A stretch of DNA of 64,000 nucleotides from Anaeramoeba ignava BMAN (taxonomy: Eukaryota; Protista; Anaeramoebae), in NCBI GenBank assembly GCA_028826165.1, contig JAPDFW010000084.1, forward strand, positions 1-64,000, written 5' to 3'. Positions 15,001 through 28,064 of this stretch are shown in pieces. Numbering within the stretch: position 1 is the first letter of the stretch; every line of letters starts with the position of its first letter. The position numbers were made by a program, and so were the translations under genes. Below the pieces are notes generated by a model. It searched no databases and was not told the origin of the DNA. It saw only the letters and a program-made list of their open reading frames with translations.

Positions 15001-15310
15001 TAAAAGATTAATAATTTATTATTAAATAAATAAATAAATAAAAGATTAATAATTTATTATTAATAAATAAATAAATGATTAATAATTTATTATTATTAAA
15101 TAAATGAAAGATTAATAATTTATTATTAAATAAATAAAAGATTAATAATTTATTATTAATAAATAAATGATTAATAATTTATTATTATTAAATAAATAAA
15201 TGATTAATAATTTATTATTAATAAATAAATGATTAATAATTTATTATTAATAAATAAATGAAAGATTAATAATTTATTATTAAATAAATAAAAGATTAAT
15301 AATTTATTTT
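12020..15310. repeat. 3.3 kb AT satellite, ~25-35 bp variable unit (AATAAATAAAAGATTAATAATTTATTATT)
   Basis: Directly visible, with a variable number of AATA subunits per unit. Confidence 0.95.
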
Positions 15311-15456
15311 TAAATAATTTATAAATAATTGATTTTAAAAAGATTAATAATTTAGTTAATGTTCTTTTATTACGAAATTGAAGATAAACCTTTTTGTTTG
15401 AAAAGAAAAAAAGAAAAAAGAAAAAAAAGAAAAGAAAAATTATTTTAGAATTGAAA

Positions 15457-17846
15457 TTAAAGCATCTTTTCATATTTACTACAATCCAAATTCTTTAAAA
15501 GTGTTAAAAAGAATAATTGCTCTCTTGGTTGATTCATAGTTAATTTTAATTCTGTTGTTGGTGGACAACGTAATAAATTTGGAGCAAATACAAGAGCAAG
15601 ATTTGGAAGTCCCATTTTTGTTATTGAAAGAACACTTTGTTGACTAAATTCTCTGATATATCGAATCAAGTAAGTTAAAACAGCTAAATTAATTGGACGT
15701 AATTTTTGAATAATTTTCTCTTCTTCATCTAATTTTCCTGCGCATTTTAAACAATCATCACTTTTTTTTTTGAAAGAAAGAAACAAAATTATTTTTTCAA
15801 TTTAATTTCGTTTTTCAATTTAATTTTTTATTTACTAAAATTCTTCTGGAATTAAAGATTCATATAATTCTCTAAAAAATTGTTTTAATAAAGATGCAGG
15901 AGTTGTTGGTTGAGAGAATTTAACTTCTAAACTTCCTCTATCAAGTAAATCTTTTGCATAATTAACTTCTTCATTTTGACCTGGAATTCTAAAAATTCCA
16001 ACAGTTGACATTCCTTTATAATTTTTTTTTTGAATTTTTTTTAAATTTTGAATATTTTTTTTAAATATTTTTTTTAAAGATTATTAACCTCCAGTTTCTT
16101 TAACTTGATCACATAAAAATTTAATAACTTTGGGAATTTTAAGATCAGGATCCCAATCTTTTTGATACCATAATATTTCTTCAAAAGTTATTCCAAAAAG
16201 TCTAGATTGTTGATAAGGAGCAACCTAATTTAAAAAATAATTTAAAAAATAATTGATTCAAAAATAATAAATAATTGATTCAAAAAATAATAAATAATTG
16301 ATTCAAACATTAATTGATTGAATTGTTCTATCAGGTGGAATTGAAAATTTTTTAGAATTTCGAGCTTTGGAAATGGGGAATAATTTAAGAATACAATATT
16401 GTGCAAATTCAGATATTTCAACCCTTTCATTTTTAATATTTAAACAAACAAAATTTTTCAAATAATTTTCTAAATCTTCTGATGGAGGAAATGTACTACA
16501 ACATAAAACTAAAAGTTCCCAAACTCTCTTTAAAGTTGTCCTTTTATAACATAATTAGAAAGATTTTAATTTAAATTTTAATTTTAATTATTTTAATTTT
16601 AAATTTAATTTTGATTTTTAATTTTAATTTTAATTTTACATTTCAATTCTTCCTTGTGTTTGCTTTAAAAGTTGAATATAAATTTCATCCCATAATTCTG
16701 GATATTGAAGTCCTCTTGTTAAAATTTTTTTGGCAACTTCAGGATCTCCTGCTGATTTTTTTCCTTTTTCACCAATATAACTCAAAATATCTTTAAAATA
16801 AATTTAATTTAAATTTAATTTTTAATTTTTAATTTTTAAATTTATTTTTAATTTTAATTTTAATTTTTAATTTTAATTTTAATTTTAATTTTAATTTTAA
16901 TTTTAATTTTAATTTTAATTTTAATTTTAATTTTAATTTTAATTTTAATTTTAATTTTATAAATGAATTTTAATTTTATAAATTAATTTTATTTTTATAA
17001 ATGAATTTTAATTTAGATTTCAAATTACTTTTGAAATTATCAACAGCTTCAGAAGATATTTTTGGAGTTTTAGATTTATTAACAGATAAAAGTAAAGGTT
17101 TCTTAATAGGTTTTGAAGAGAAAGAGAGTAATTGTTTTGGAGTAGCTTTTTTTAAAGATTTTTGATTATTAAAAAATTTTCTTGCAAATTCAGTAATTCT
17201 TAATTCAGGATTTTCATTCATAATATCATCAGGAATTTCATGATAACCAAAACAAGGCGGCCACTTTCTTTCTTTAGTAGGTGAAGGAGACTTTGTTATG
17301 TTTGGAGAAGTATTTATAGGTGGAGGAATTTGATTTAGTTGTTGATCAAAATTATTATTTGGAATTGATTCAATTTGTGGAATTGAAAAATTTTCATCCA
17401 GAATAGGCGGTGGTAAGTCTCCGTCAAAAACAGGCGGTGGCATATCACCATCAAATATTGGAGGTGGTAAATCCATGTCTAAAGAAGGCAGTTGGATATC
17501 ATCATTAAGAATTGGTGGTGGTAAGTCTTCATTCAATATAGGAGGTAAATCAATTGATTGATTTCCAAAATTTTCAATATTTTCAGTTTTTTTAGTTTCT
17601 TTTTGTTCTTCTAATTCTTTTGGTTTCGTCCAAACACTTGCCCCAGTTTTGTGATTATAATAGTATTTTTTTCCTGTATTTGGATCGAATATTTCTTCCA
17701 TTCATTTTTCTTTTTTTTTCTTTTTCTTTTTTTTCTTCTTTTTCTTCTAATTCTGCTGGTTTTGTCCATACACTTTGTCCTGTTCTTGAATTGTAATAAT
17801 AAATTCTATTTGAACTTGGATCAATATGTTCACTCCATTCTGACAT
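15457..17846 (-). CDS. ARHGAP39/Vilse-like protein: 2 WW domains, Pro-rich region, MyTH4, RhoGAP (multi-exon; frameshift in the T-run at ~17705-17740)
   Basis: WW motifs WSEHIDPSSNRIYYYNSRTGQSVWTKP and YYYNHKTGASVWTKP. MyTH4 motifs ELWDEIYIQLLKQT and VWELLVLCCSTFPPS. RhoGAP motifs GIFRIPG, ASLLKQFFREL and MGLPNLALVFAPNLLR. Confidence 0.88.
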
Positions 17847-18189
17847 TTTTATTATTTTTATTATTTATTCCGTTATTTTTTTTTAAAAAATAATTTTTAA
17901 TTTTTTTTGTTGTTGTTTTTTTTTTAAATTTAAAAAAAATATAAAAAATATAAAATAAATTGAAATGAAAAAAATGAAAAAAAATGAAAAAAAATGAAAA
18001 AAATGAAATTTAATTTTTTTTTTTGCTTTTTGAATAAACTAAATTTTAAATTAAAAAAAATGGTTATTTTGTTTTTTTTGTTTTTTATTTTTTAAAAGGA
18101 AAAAAAACTGATCAATTTAAATTAAAAATTAATTAAAAAAAATTTTTTTTTTTCGAAAATAATTTGATCTTTTTTTTCATTTTTTCTTT

Positions 18190-20110
18190 TAATTTTAATT
18201 TAATATTTATTTATAAATTATTTTAAAATATATTAATTAATAATTTTTCTATTTTTTAAATTTAATTAATCTTTATTTAATTTATTTATATTTATTTATT
18301 AAAATATTTTTATTCCACTTTTTTTGAAATAAATTTATATAAATATTTATAATAACTTTAATTTAATATTTATTTATAAATTATTTTAAAATATATTAAT
18401 TAATAATTTTCTATTTTTTAAATTTAATTAATTATTATTTAATTTATTTATATTTATTTATTAAAAATATTTTTATTCCACTTTTTGAAATAAATTTATA
18501 TAAATATTTATAATAATTTTAATTTAATATTTATTTATAAATTATTTTAAAATATATTAATTAATAATTTTTATTTTTAAATTTAATTAATCTTTATTTA
18601 ATTTATTTATATTTATTTATTAAAATATTTTTATTCCACTTTTTTTGAAATAAATTTATATAAATATTTATAATAATTTTAATTTAATATTTATTTATAA
18701 ATTATTTTAAAATATATTAATTAATAATTTTTATTTTTAAATTTAATTAATATTTATTTAATTTATTTATATTTATTTATTAAAATATTTTTATTCCACT
18801 TTTTTTGAAATAAATTTATATAAATATTTATAATAACTTTAATTTAATATTTATTTATAAATTATTTTATAATATATTAATTAATAATTTTTATTTTTAA
18901 ATTTAATTAATTATTATTTAATTTATTTATATTTATTTATTAAAATATTTTTATTCCACTTTTTTTGAAATAAATTTATATAAATATTTATAATAATTTT
19001 AATTTAATATTTATTTATAAATTATTTTATATTATATTAATTAATAATTTTTATTTTTAAAATTTTTTAATTTTATTTAATTTATTTATATTTATTTATT
19101 AAAATATTTTTATTCCACTTTTTGAAATAAATTTATATATTTTAAAATAATTTTAATTTAATATTTATTTATAAATTAATTTTTATATTATAATATAATT
19201 AATAATTTTTATTTTTAAATTTAATATTTATTTATTTAATTTATTTTTAAAATATTTTTATTTAAATTTATATAAATTTATTAATAATTTTAATTTTTAA
19301 ATTTAATTAATTTAATTTTTATTTTTAAATTTAATTATATTTATTTATTTAAAATATTTTTATTCCACTTTTTTTGAAATAAATTTATATAAATATTTAT
19401 AATAATTTTAATTTAATATTTATTTATAAATTATTTTAAAATATATTAATTAATAATTTTTATTTTTTAAATTTAATTAATATTTATTTAATTTATTTAT
19501 ATTTATTTATTAAAATATTTTTATTCCACTTTTTTTGAAATAAATTTATATAAATATTTATAATAATTTTAATTTAATATTTATTTATAAATTATTTTAA
19601 AATATATTAATTAATAATTTTTTATTTTTTAAATTTAATTAATATTTATTTAATTTATTTTATATTTATTTATTAAAATATTTTTATTCCACTTTTTTTG
19701 AAATAAATTTATATAAATATTTATAATAATTTTAATTTAATATTTATTTATAAATTATTTTAAAATATATTAATTAATAATTTTTATTTTTAAATTTAAT
19801 TAATATTTATTTAATTTATTTATATTTATTTATTAAAAATATTTTTATTCCACTTTTTGAAATAAATTTATATAAATATTTATAATAACTTTAATTTAAT
19901 ATTTATTTATAAATTATTTTAAAATATATTAATTAATAATTTTTATTTTTAAATTTAATTAATATTTATTTAATTTATTTATATTTATTTATTAAAATAT
20001 TTTTATTCCACTTTTTGAAATAAATTTATATAAATATTTATAATAACTTTAATTTAATATTTATTTATAAATTATTTTAGATTATATTAATTAATAATTT
20101 TTTATTTTTT
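18190..20110. repeat. ~160 bp tandem satellite, about 12 units
   Basis: The TTCCACTT core recurs at about 18315, 18478, 18636, 18796, 18956, 19115, 19365, 19526, 19689, 19850 and 20008. Spacing is 158-163 bp except for one degenerate ~250 bp interval. Confidence 0.95.
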
Positions 20111-20351
20111 AAATTTATTTAAAGATTAAATAGAAAAAAAAAGGAGAAATAAAAATTAAATAAAAAAAGAGAAAAAATATAAATTAATATGTATAGGAAA
20201 TAATATAGAAATATGTCATTTTTATTTATTCAAGTTTAAAAGAAAAAATATATTTTTTTTTTCATTTTTTCATTCTTAATCACTTGCTTAATAAATTAAT
20301 AATTAATTAAACAAAAATAATTATTAAAAATTTAACCAAGTTATTTTCAAA

Positions 20352-22292
20352 ATGAGTAAAAAATTCACAAATCAACAACAACCAGAAAAAGGGAGAGAAA
20401 ATGACATGGTTCGAAACAATGCAGGTGGATTTGTTTTCGAAGTAGATGACATGGTACGATTACGAAGATTTCTCACTTTAGGATGTGAAACAGGAACATA
20501 TTATCAAAATGCACCTCAATTAAAATTAGAAAACACAAAATCAATCACTGAACTCATTGATAAAGGAAGAGGATTAGAAGTAGTTGAAACAATTGTAGAA
20601 TACTCAGTTGAAGGAAGAGCAGCAAAACAAGAACCAGGGATTTTTGCTCTTGCAATTTGTGCCAAGTTGGCGGATCGAAAGAAATTCAAAGATACAATTG
20701 ATGCTGCTTATGCTGCTGTTCCAAAAGTGTGCAGAATTCCTACAACACTTTTTCTTTTTGTTAAATATTGTTTGCAATTTTCTAAGCTTCAATCGAAATC
20801 AAAAGGTTGGGGAAGAAAACACAGAGAATCTTTAGCCAAATGGTACAAAAATGATCATGATGCTAAGAAACTTGCTTACTTGATTACTAAATACCAATCA
20901 AGAGAAGGTTGGAGTCATCGTGATCTTTTGAGACTTATTCATCCAAAACCTTCTACAAATTCCTTGAAACTTATTTTTGATTATATTGTTAATGGAAAAG
21001 ATGCTCTTGTGAGAATTCCTCAAAATTTGATTCAATTGAGCAATGAAAAAAATGAATTGAAAACTAATCAAGAAATTTCTAATAAACAAAATGAAAATGA
21101 AAATGAAAAAGAAAAAGACAAGAACATGACAATTTCAACTGATAAAAAAGAAAATGAAAATGAAAAAGAAAATGAAAAAGAAAAAGAAAAAGACAAGAAC
21201 ATGACAATTTCAACTGATAAAGATCAAAAAGAAATGAAAATTGAAGAAACAGACAAAAAGAAAAAACCTAAACAATATCCAGTTTATACTAACGATATTG
21301 CAAATGACAAAGAATTCCAACAAGTTTTCCAATTTCTTGAAACAGTTGAAAAAATCAAAAAATCAGAAACAGCAGAAAATGTGATTGAATTGATAAAAGA
21401 ACAAAATCTTGCACGAGAACATATTCCAACAGTATGGCTTAACACAAAAGAAATCTGGGCAGCTCTTCTTGAATCAATGCCACTTACAGCAACAATTCGG
21501 AATCTTGGGAAGATGACTGAAATAGGATTACTTTCAGCTGATTCAAAGGATAGTCAAAAATACAATGATATTGTTGTTCGGAATTTTTTGAATGAAGAAT
21601 ATTTGAAGAAATCAAGAATTCATCCATTCAATGTTTTTGTTGCTCTCAAAGTTTATGGAAGAGGAAAAGGTATAAAAGGAAATTTAACTTGGAAACCTGT
21701 TCCAAAAATTCTTAATGCACTTGATGAAGCTTTTTACTTAACCTTCAATTATGTCGAACCAACAAACAAGAGATGGCTTCTTGGAGTTGATGTTTCTGGA
21801 AGTATGTCATGTGCTTTTATCAGTGGAAATCCTGCTGTTTGTGCTCGTGATGCTGCTGCTGCAATGATGTCTGTTATTACAAGAGTGGAAAAAGATACTC
21901 ATTTATGTGCATTTTCAACTACTTTCCAAAATGTTGATTATCTCAAGAAAGAAAAAAAACTTGAAGGTTTAATTTCAAAAATGTCAGGTTTTGCTTTTGG
22001 TGGAACTGATTGTGCTCAACCTATGATTTATGCTTTGGAAAAGAGAATTCCTGTTGATGTTTTTGTTGTAATGACTGATAATGAAACTTATTCTGGAAAT
22101 ATTCATCCTTTTCAAGCAATAAAGAATTATAGAAAAGAAATGAATATTCCTGATGCTAAATTAGTTGTTATTGGATTTACTGCTACAAAATTTTCAATTG
22201 CAGATCCTTCTGATCCTTATATGCTTGATGTTGTTGGATTTGATTCAAGTGCTCCTGGAATAATTCAAAGTTTTGCAAATGGATTAATTTAA
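20352..22292 (+). CDS. RO60: Ro60 / TROVE-vWA RNA-binding protein
   Basis: Motifs NNAGGFVFEVDDMVRLRRFLTLG, KYQSREGWSHRDLLRLIHPK, MPLTATIRNLGKMT and IHPFNV; vWA MIDAS DVSGSM; GGTDCAQPM, TDNET and MLDVVGFD. Intact intronless 646 aa ORF. Confidence 0.95.
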   Translation: MSKKFTNQQQPEKGRENDMVRNNAGGFVFEVDDMVRLRRFLTLGCETGTYYQNAPQLKLENTKSITELIDKGRGLEVVETIVEYSVEGRAAKQEPGIFALAICAKLADRKKFKDTIDAAYAAVPKVCRIPTTLFLFVKYCLQFSKLQSKSKGWGRKHRESLAKWYKNDHDAKKLAYLITKYQSREGWSHRDLLRLIHPKPSTNSLKLIFDYIVNGKDALVRIPQNLIQLSNEKNELKTNQEISNKQNENENEKEKDKNMTISTDKKENENEKENEKEKEKDKNMTISTDKDQKEMKIEETDKKKKPKQYPVYTNDIANDKEFQQVFQFLETVEKIKKSETAENVIELIKEQNLAREHIPTVWLNTKEIWAALLESMPLTATIRNLGKMTEIGLLSADSKDSQKYNDIVVRNFLNEEYLKKSRIHPFNVFVALKVYGRGKGIKGNLTWKPVPKILNALDEAFYLTFNYVEPTNKRWLLGVDVSGSMSCAFISGNPAVCARDAAAAMMSVITRVEKDTHLCAFSTTFQNVDYLKKEKKLEGLISKMSGFAFGGTDCAQPMIYALEKRIPVDVFVVMTDNETYSGNIHPFQAIKNYRKEMNIPDAKLVVIGFTATKFSIADPSDPYMLDVVGFDSSAPGIIQSFANGLI

Positions 22293-22568
22293 AAACAAGA
22301 CACAAACAAAATCTAAAAAAATTTCATTTCAATTTTCAATTCATTTTTCATTTTTCAATTCATTTTTTTTTTGAAAGAATAAAAAGAATAAATTTAGGAA
22401 AAGAAAAAAAGAAATTCTTCAATTTTGAAATTATTTTCTTTTGTTTTGTTTTGTTCAAATAATATTTTTCTTCTCTTTTTTAAAAAAGGAAAAAAAAAAA
22501 AGGAATAATAATTTAATTGATTGATTTAATTTGAATTTTTCATTTCATTTCATTTCTTTAAAAATTTT

Positions 22569-25473
22569 TTAATTAAATAAAGCTGTTTTTTTTGTTGTCT
22601 TTTTTTTAGAACGAGTTGAGAAAAAACTATCAAAATCATCTTCACTATTTGAAGATTTTTCATCTTTTTCTTCATTTTGATTTTCTTCATTTTGATTTTC
22701 TTCATTTTGATTTTGATTTTGATTTTGATTTTGATTTTGATTTTGATTTTGATTTTGATTTTGATTTTGATTTTGATTTTGATTTTTTGAATTTATTGAT
22801 TCAAGATATTCAATTCCATCAATAAAAGGATCTTTTTCTTTTGGTTGATTTTGTTTTTGTTGATTAACTTGTTTTATTGGTTGTTGTTTAACTTGATTTG
22901 GTTGATTAAATAATTTTAATTGTTGATTAAATTGATTTGGTTGTTGATTTAATTGTGGATTAAATTGATTTTGTTTAAATTGATTTATTGGTTGATTAAA
23001 TTGATTTGGTTGTTGATTTAATTGATTTGGTTGATTAAATTGATTTAATTGTGGATTTGGTTGATTAAATTGATTTGGTTGATTAAATTGATTTGGTTGT
23101 TGATTTAATTGATTTGGTTGATTAAATTGATTTAATTGTGGATTTGGTTGATTAAATTGATTTTGTTGTTGATTTAATTGTGGATTTGGTTTTGGATTAA
23201 TATCAAGATCAATTAAATTATTTTGTTGATTTGATTCAATTTTAGTTGGTTTTTGATTTGTTGATTTTTCTTTTTTTTGTTCATCTTTTTCATCAGATTC
23301 AGTATCACTATCATCTGATACACTTTTAAATTCATTATCACTAATACTTTCATCAGATGATTTCTCTTCTTTTTTTTCAGAATCTCCAGGAAAATCTTTA
23401 TTTCAAAATTAAATTAAATTAAATTAAATTAAATTAAATTAAATTAAATTAAATTAAATTAAATTAAATTAAAATTAAATTAAATTAAATTAAATTGAAA
23501 AATTAATTTACGAATTTCATCAACTGGTTCATGTTTCAAAGCTTTTTGATAATTTAATTTTGCAGTATTAACAATATCGTTATAAATCAAAACTTCTGTT
23601 AATAATTCATCATTATCAGTTATTTTTCCAGCTAAACGAATCATTAAATAACTAATTTGTTTCACAGTTAAATATAATTCTTGTATTGTTTCATCTTTTT
23701 TAATATCATCTGTAGGTTGAACAGCTTTTAAAGTTTCTGTTAATAATTGGATTGTTTCCTTTACTACTTTTAAATCTTTTCTAATTTTTTCTGCTTTTTG
23801 TTCTTTTGTCATGTTTGACATCATCTAAAATAGAATCAAAAATAAAAATGATTTTTTTGATTTTAAATATTTCTTTTAATTTAAATATTCTTTTAATTTA
23901 AATATTCTTTTTAATTTAAATATTCTTTTAATTTAAATATTCTTGGAAATATTTCTTTTAATTTAAATATTTTTGGAAATATTCTTTTAATCTAAATATT
24001 TCTTTTAATTTAAATATTTCTTTTTAATTTAAATATTTTTTTTAGATATTCTTTTAATTTAAATATTTTTTTAATTTAAATATTTTTGGAAATATTTCTT
24101 TTAATTTAAATATTTTTGGAAATATTTCTTTTAATTTAAATATTTTTTTTAATTTAAATATTTTTTTTAATTTAAAATATTTTAATTTAAATATTCTTTT
24201 AATTTAAATATTTTTGGAAATTGTTTTAAATTGTTTACCATTTGAGGTTGTTGTTGAAATTGTTGTTGTTGAAATTGTTGTTGTTGATAATAATAATAAT
24301 TTTGAGGAATTTGAGGAGAAAAAACAGGATAAGTTCCACCATACATTCCCATTGCCATAGGAATTGATTGAAAATTTCTAGTTGTATTTTGAGTTGATTC
24401 TTTTGGTTTTGGAATATCTGGAGGTTCTTCAAAAGTTCCTTCTGGTGGAAGTTTTGCTCCAATTTTAAGTAAATTTTGTAAATGTTTTGCAATTTTTGTT
24501 ATTTTTAGAACTTTTTGAATCAAATATCTTGCTCTATCTCTTGCTTCTGGTGCTTTTATCACTTTTGGAAATACTCATTAATTTTTCATAAAATTATCTT
24601 TTTCAATATATTTAATTAAACTTGGTATATTTTTTAAGCATGCATCTAAAAGCTTTATTGTTTTAATTTTGTTTTAAATTTAAATTTAAATTTTTTACCA
24701 TTTGAGGTTTTGTTGAAATTTTTGTTGAATTTTAATTTTAATTTTAATTTTAATTTTAATTTTAATTTTTTTTAATTTAGGAATTTTAATTTTTGATTTA
24801 ATTTTAATTTTTAAATTTTGTAAATGTTTTGCAATTTTAATTTTATTTTTTCAAAATTTTAATTTTAATTTTAAATTTTAATTTTTTAATTTTAATTTTA
24901 ATTTTAATTTTAATTTTAATTTTAAATTTTAATTTTAATTTTAATTTTAATTTTAATTTTAATTTTAATTTTAATTTTAATTTTAATTTTGATTTTTGAT
25001 TTTTAATTTTAATTTTAATTTTAATTTTAATTTTAATTTTAATTTTAATTTTAATTTTAATTTTAATTTTAATTTTAATTTTAATTTTAATTTTAATTTT
25101 AATTTTGATTTTAAATTCAATTTTGATTTTAATTTTAATTTTAAATTTTAATTTTAATTTTAATTTTAATTTTAATTTTAATTTTGATTTTAATTTTAAA
25201 TTGTTTACAATTAATGAAAGAGATTTAGTTTTTGCATTATTTTTGCCTAAACGATTTTTAATTGCATTAACAAGATGTTCTTCTCTAAATTATTTTTATT
25301 AATTAAATTTTAAAATTTTTAAAATTTTTTTTGTTATTTTTTTGTTTTTTATTTTACTCTGTTGGATGTCTTCTAACATAATTAATTATTTTAGAATTGT
25401 AAGTCCAATCTGCATCTAATAAATTATCTGTTGCTTTTTCAACTGCATCTTTAAGTGGAGAATTTGAAAACAT
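22569..25473 (-). CDS. TOM1-like VHS-GAT adaptor with a Q/N-rich tail, multi-exon
   Basis: Exon 1 MFSNSPLKDAVEKATDNLLDADWTYNSKIINYV (VHS), followed by LDACLKN. GAT domain at 23480-23824 (QELYLTVKQ...NDELLTEVLIYNDIVN). C-terminus DDFDSFFSTRSKKKTTKKTALFN*. Confidence 0.8.
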
Positions 25474-25798
25474 TTTTATTTAAAAAAAAAAAAGAAAATT
25501 TGAAAATAAAAAAATGAAAATAAAAAAATGAAAAAAATTTTGATTTATTTTTTAAAAAGAAAAAAATTAAATTTGAACTAAATTCGATTTTAATTTTAAT
25601 TTTAATTTTAATTTTAATTTTAATTTTAATTTTAATTTTAATTTTAATTTTAATTTTAATTTTAATTTTAATTTTAATTTTAATTTTAATTTTAATTTTA
25701 ATTTTAATTTTAATTTAATTTTAATTTTAATTTTAATTTTAATTTTAATTTTAATTTTAATTTTAATTTTAATTTTAATTTTAATTTTAATTTTAATT

Positions 25799-27972
25799 TT
25801 AATTCTTCTTTTTGTCTTTTTTATTTTCTAAATTTTCTTCTTGTTTTGGATTAATATTTGAAACTAATTGTGTAGTTCCATGTTTTATAATTTCAGCACT
25901 TGTTTTTAAAATTGTTTTTCCATCATATTTCTCTTCATTTTTAAAAATTTTTTGTAATTGTAAAAAAATCCAATTCATTAATTTTGTTATATTTTTTTCC
26001 ATTCTTTTACGTTCTTTTAATAAATCATTTTGATTTTGATTTTGATTTTGATTTTTGATTTTGATTTTGATTTTGATTTTGATTTAATTCAAATTCTTTT
26101 TGCTTTAGTTCAAATTCTTTTTGTTTTGTTCAAATTCTTTTTGTTTTTGTTCAAACTCTTTTTGTTTTAATTCAAATTCTTCATTTGATTTAATTGAAAT
26201 ATCTTCAATTTTCTTTTTTAATTCTAAAATTTCTTCATCTTTTTCATCTAATTTTTCTTGAAGAATTGAAATTTCATTAGAATCATTAATTGATCTAAAA
26301 TTTTGAAGTTGAACTTCATTTTCTTTGAGTTTTTCATTTTCTTCTTTTAAATTATGAATACTTTGTTCTAATTCTTTCATTTTATCTTTTGTTTCTTGTT
26401 GAGAAATTGAATCAAAATAACTTTCATCTTCAATGATATCAAATTGTTTATAAAGATTTTCCATTTTGGATTGAATTTGTAAATATTGACTTTCAATATT
26501 TGTTTGTTGATTTGTTATATTATCAATTTTTGATTCAAGTTTTGATTTCTTTTTTGATTTATCACTTTGATTTTCCATTTTTTGAATTGAATGAAGAAAT
26601 TGTTGAATTTTTTGAGAAATTGAATCAAATGAAAAGGAAAGACTATTGATAAGAATTTTACTATCCACTCCATTTCTTCTTGTATCAATTAGTAAATCTA
26701 ATATTTCATTAATATTCATTAATGGTTGTTTTGGATAATTTTGTTGAATGAAAATTTGTTTTGGTTCTTTTTCTTTTTGAGGAATTTCTTTTGGTTTTTT
26801 TTCTTCGTTTAAATTGTTAATTTCATCTGTTTCGAAAATATTATCATAAATTTTATTTTGAGTTTTTTCATCACTTTCATGTTTTTGGATATTTTCAAAG
26901 TTTTCATGTTCTTGAATATTTTCAATTAATGGAAATTCTTTTGAATCAAATTGTTCAAATTGATTAAATTGTTCAAATTGATTAAATTGAAAGGGATCAT
27001 TTTTGTCAAGCATGAGTTGTTCTGTTGGTTGAAATGAGAAATAATTATCATAATAATATTCATTTTGATCATTTTTAATTTGATTTAATGGGATTAATTC
27101 TTTCAAATCAACAAAATAAACAATAACTGAATTTTCTGAAAATTTTTGTTTAAACATTCTTTCATATTCATATTGATATTGGAAATGAAATTTAGGATGA
27201 GAACAAATTATTCTTTGACCACCTTTTTGCATTCCAAGAAGACCTAAATTCCAAACTAAATAATATAAAAATAAATATTATATTTTAAATATTTATTTAT
27301 ATTTTATATATTTTATACCTTTACTAATTGTTGAATCACCAATTTGACATCCAAATTTAATTTCTTTTTCATAAGTTGTATCGAATTTGGTTTGAATTTT
27401 AGGATTTGAAATATCATAAACAATCCATCCAATATAATTAATTCTAATTTTTGTTCCTTCAATAACTTTTTCATCATTTCCAAAAGAAATATCAAAATAA
27501 TTAATTTTTTCTGAATCAAAATCTAAATCAAAATCTGAGTTTTTTAATAATATTAAAATGAAAGCAAGTTGAGTTGAAAATTCAATAGAATCTTGAGAAT
27601 TATTAAAATTTAAAATCCATTTTTGATTATTTTCTTCATAAAAAGTTAAAAAATTTTGGTTTTGAGACTAAAAAAAAACAAGAAAATAAATTTTATCATT
27701 TTAAATTTTTTAATATTTTTAATTTTAATTTTTACTTGAAAATTAAAGGATTTATTCAAAAAAATTGTTGAAATTGGATTTCTTTTATCTTGATAAAAAA
27801 TAATTTGATAATTAAATAAATCAGGAATTCCTGTAATTGCTACAATAACTTTTCCCATATTTTCAAATTGAGAATTTGTTTGATTTATTTTTGTTAAAGA
27901 AATAAGTTTTGCTGAGAAAACTAATTGATTTTCATTTTCATTTTCATTTTCATTTTGATTTAAAGAATTCAT
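25799..27972 (-). CDS. FKBP15-like protein (WH1-like N-terminus, FKBP-like domain, coiled coil), multi-exon with a 3' frameshift
   Basis: N-terminal QFENMGKVIVAITG...YQIIFY, FKBP-like KVIEGTKIRINYIGW and WNLGLLGMQKGGQRII, and a long heptad coiled coil. Confidence 0.6.
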
Positions 27973-28064
27973 TTTTGAATTTTAAATTAGATTAGAAAAG
28001 AAAAAAATGAAAAAAATATTTTTGAAATTTTTAAATTTAAATTTAATTGATTTAATTTTGAAAT

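Noticed and set aside
4255-20110. CRISPR-like appearance of the regularly spaced repeats
   Set aside because: No unique spacers, no cas genes and a eukaryotic context; these are tandem satellites.
20110-22560. Y RNA gene flanking Ro60
   Set aside because: The flanks are almost purely A/T, with no GC-containing terminal stem or bulged-C Ro-binding helix visible.
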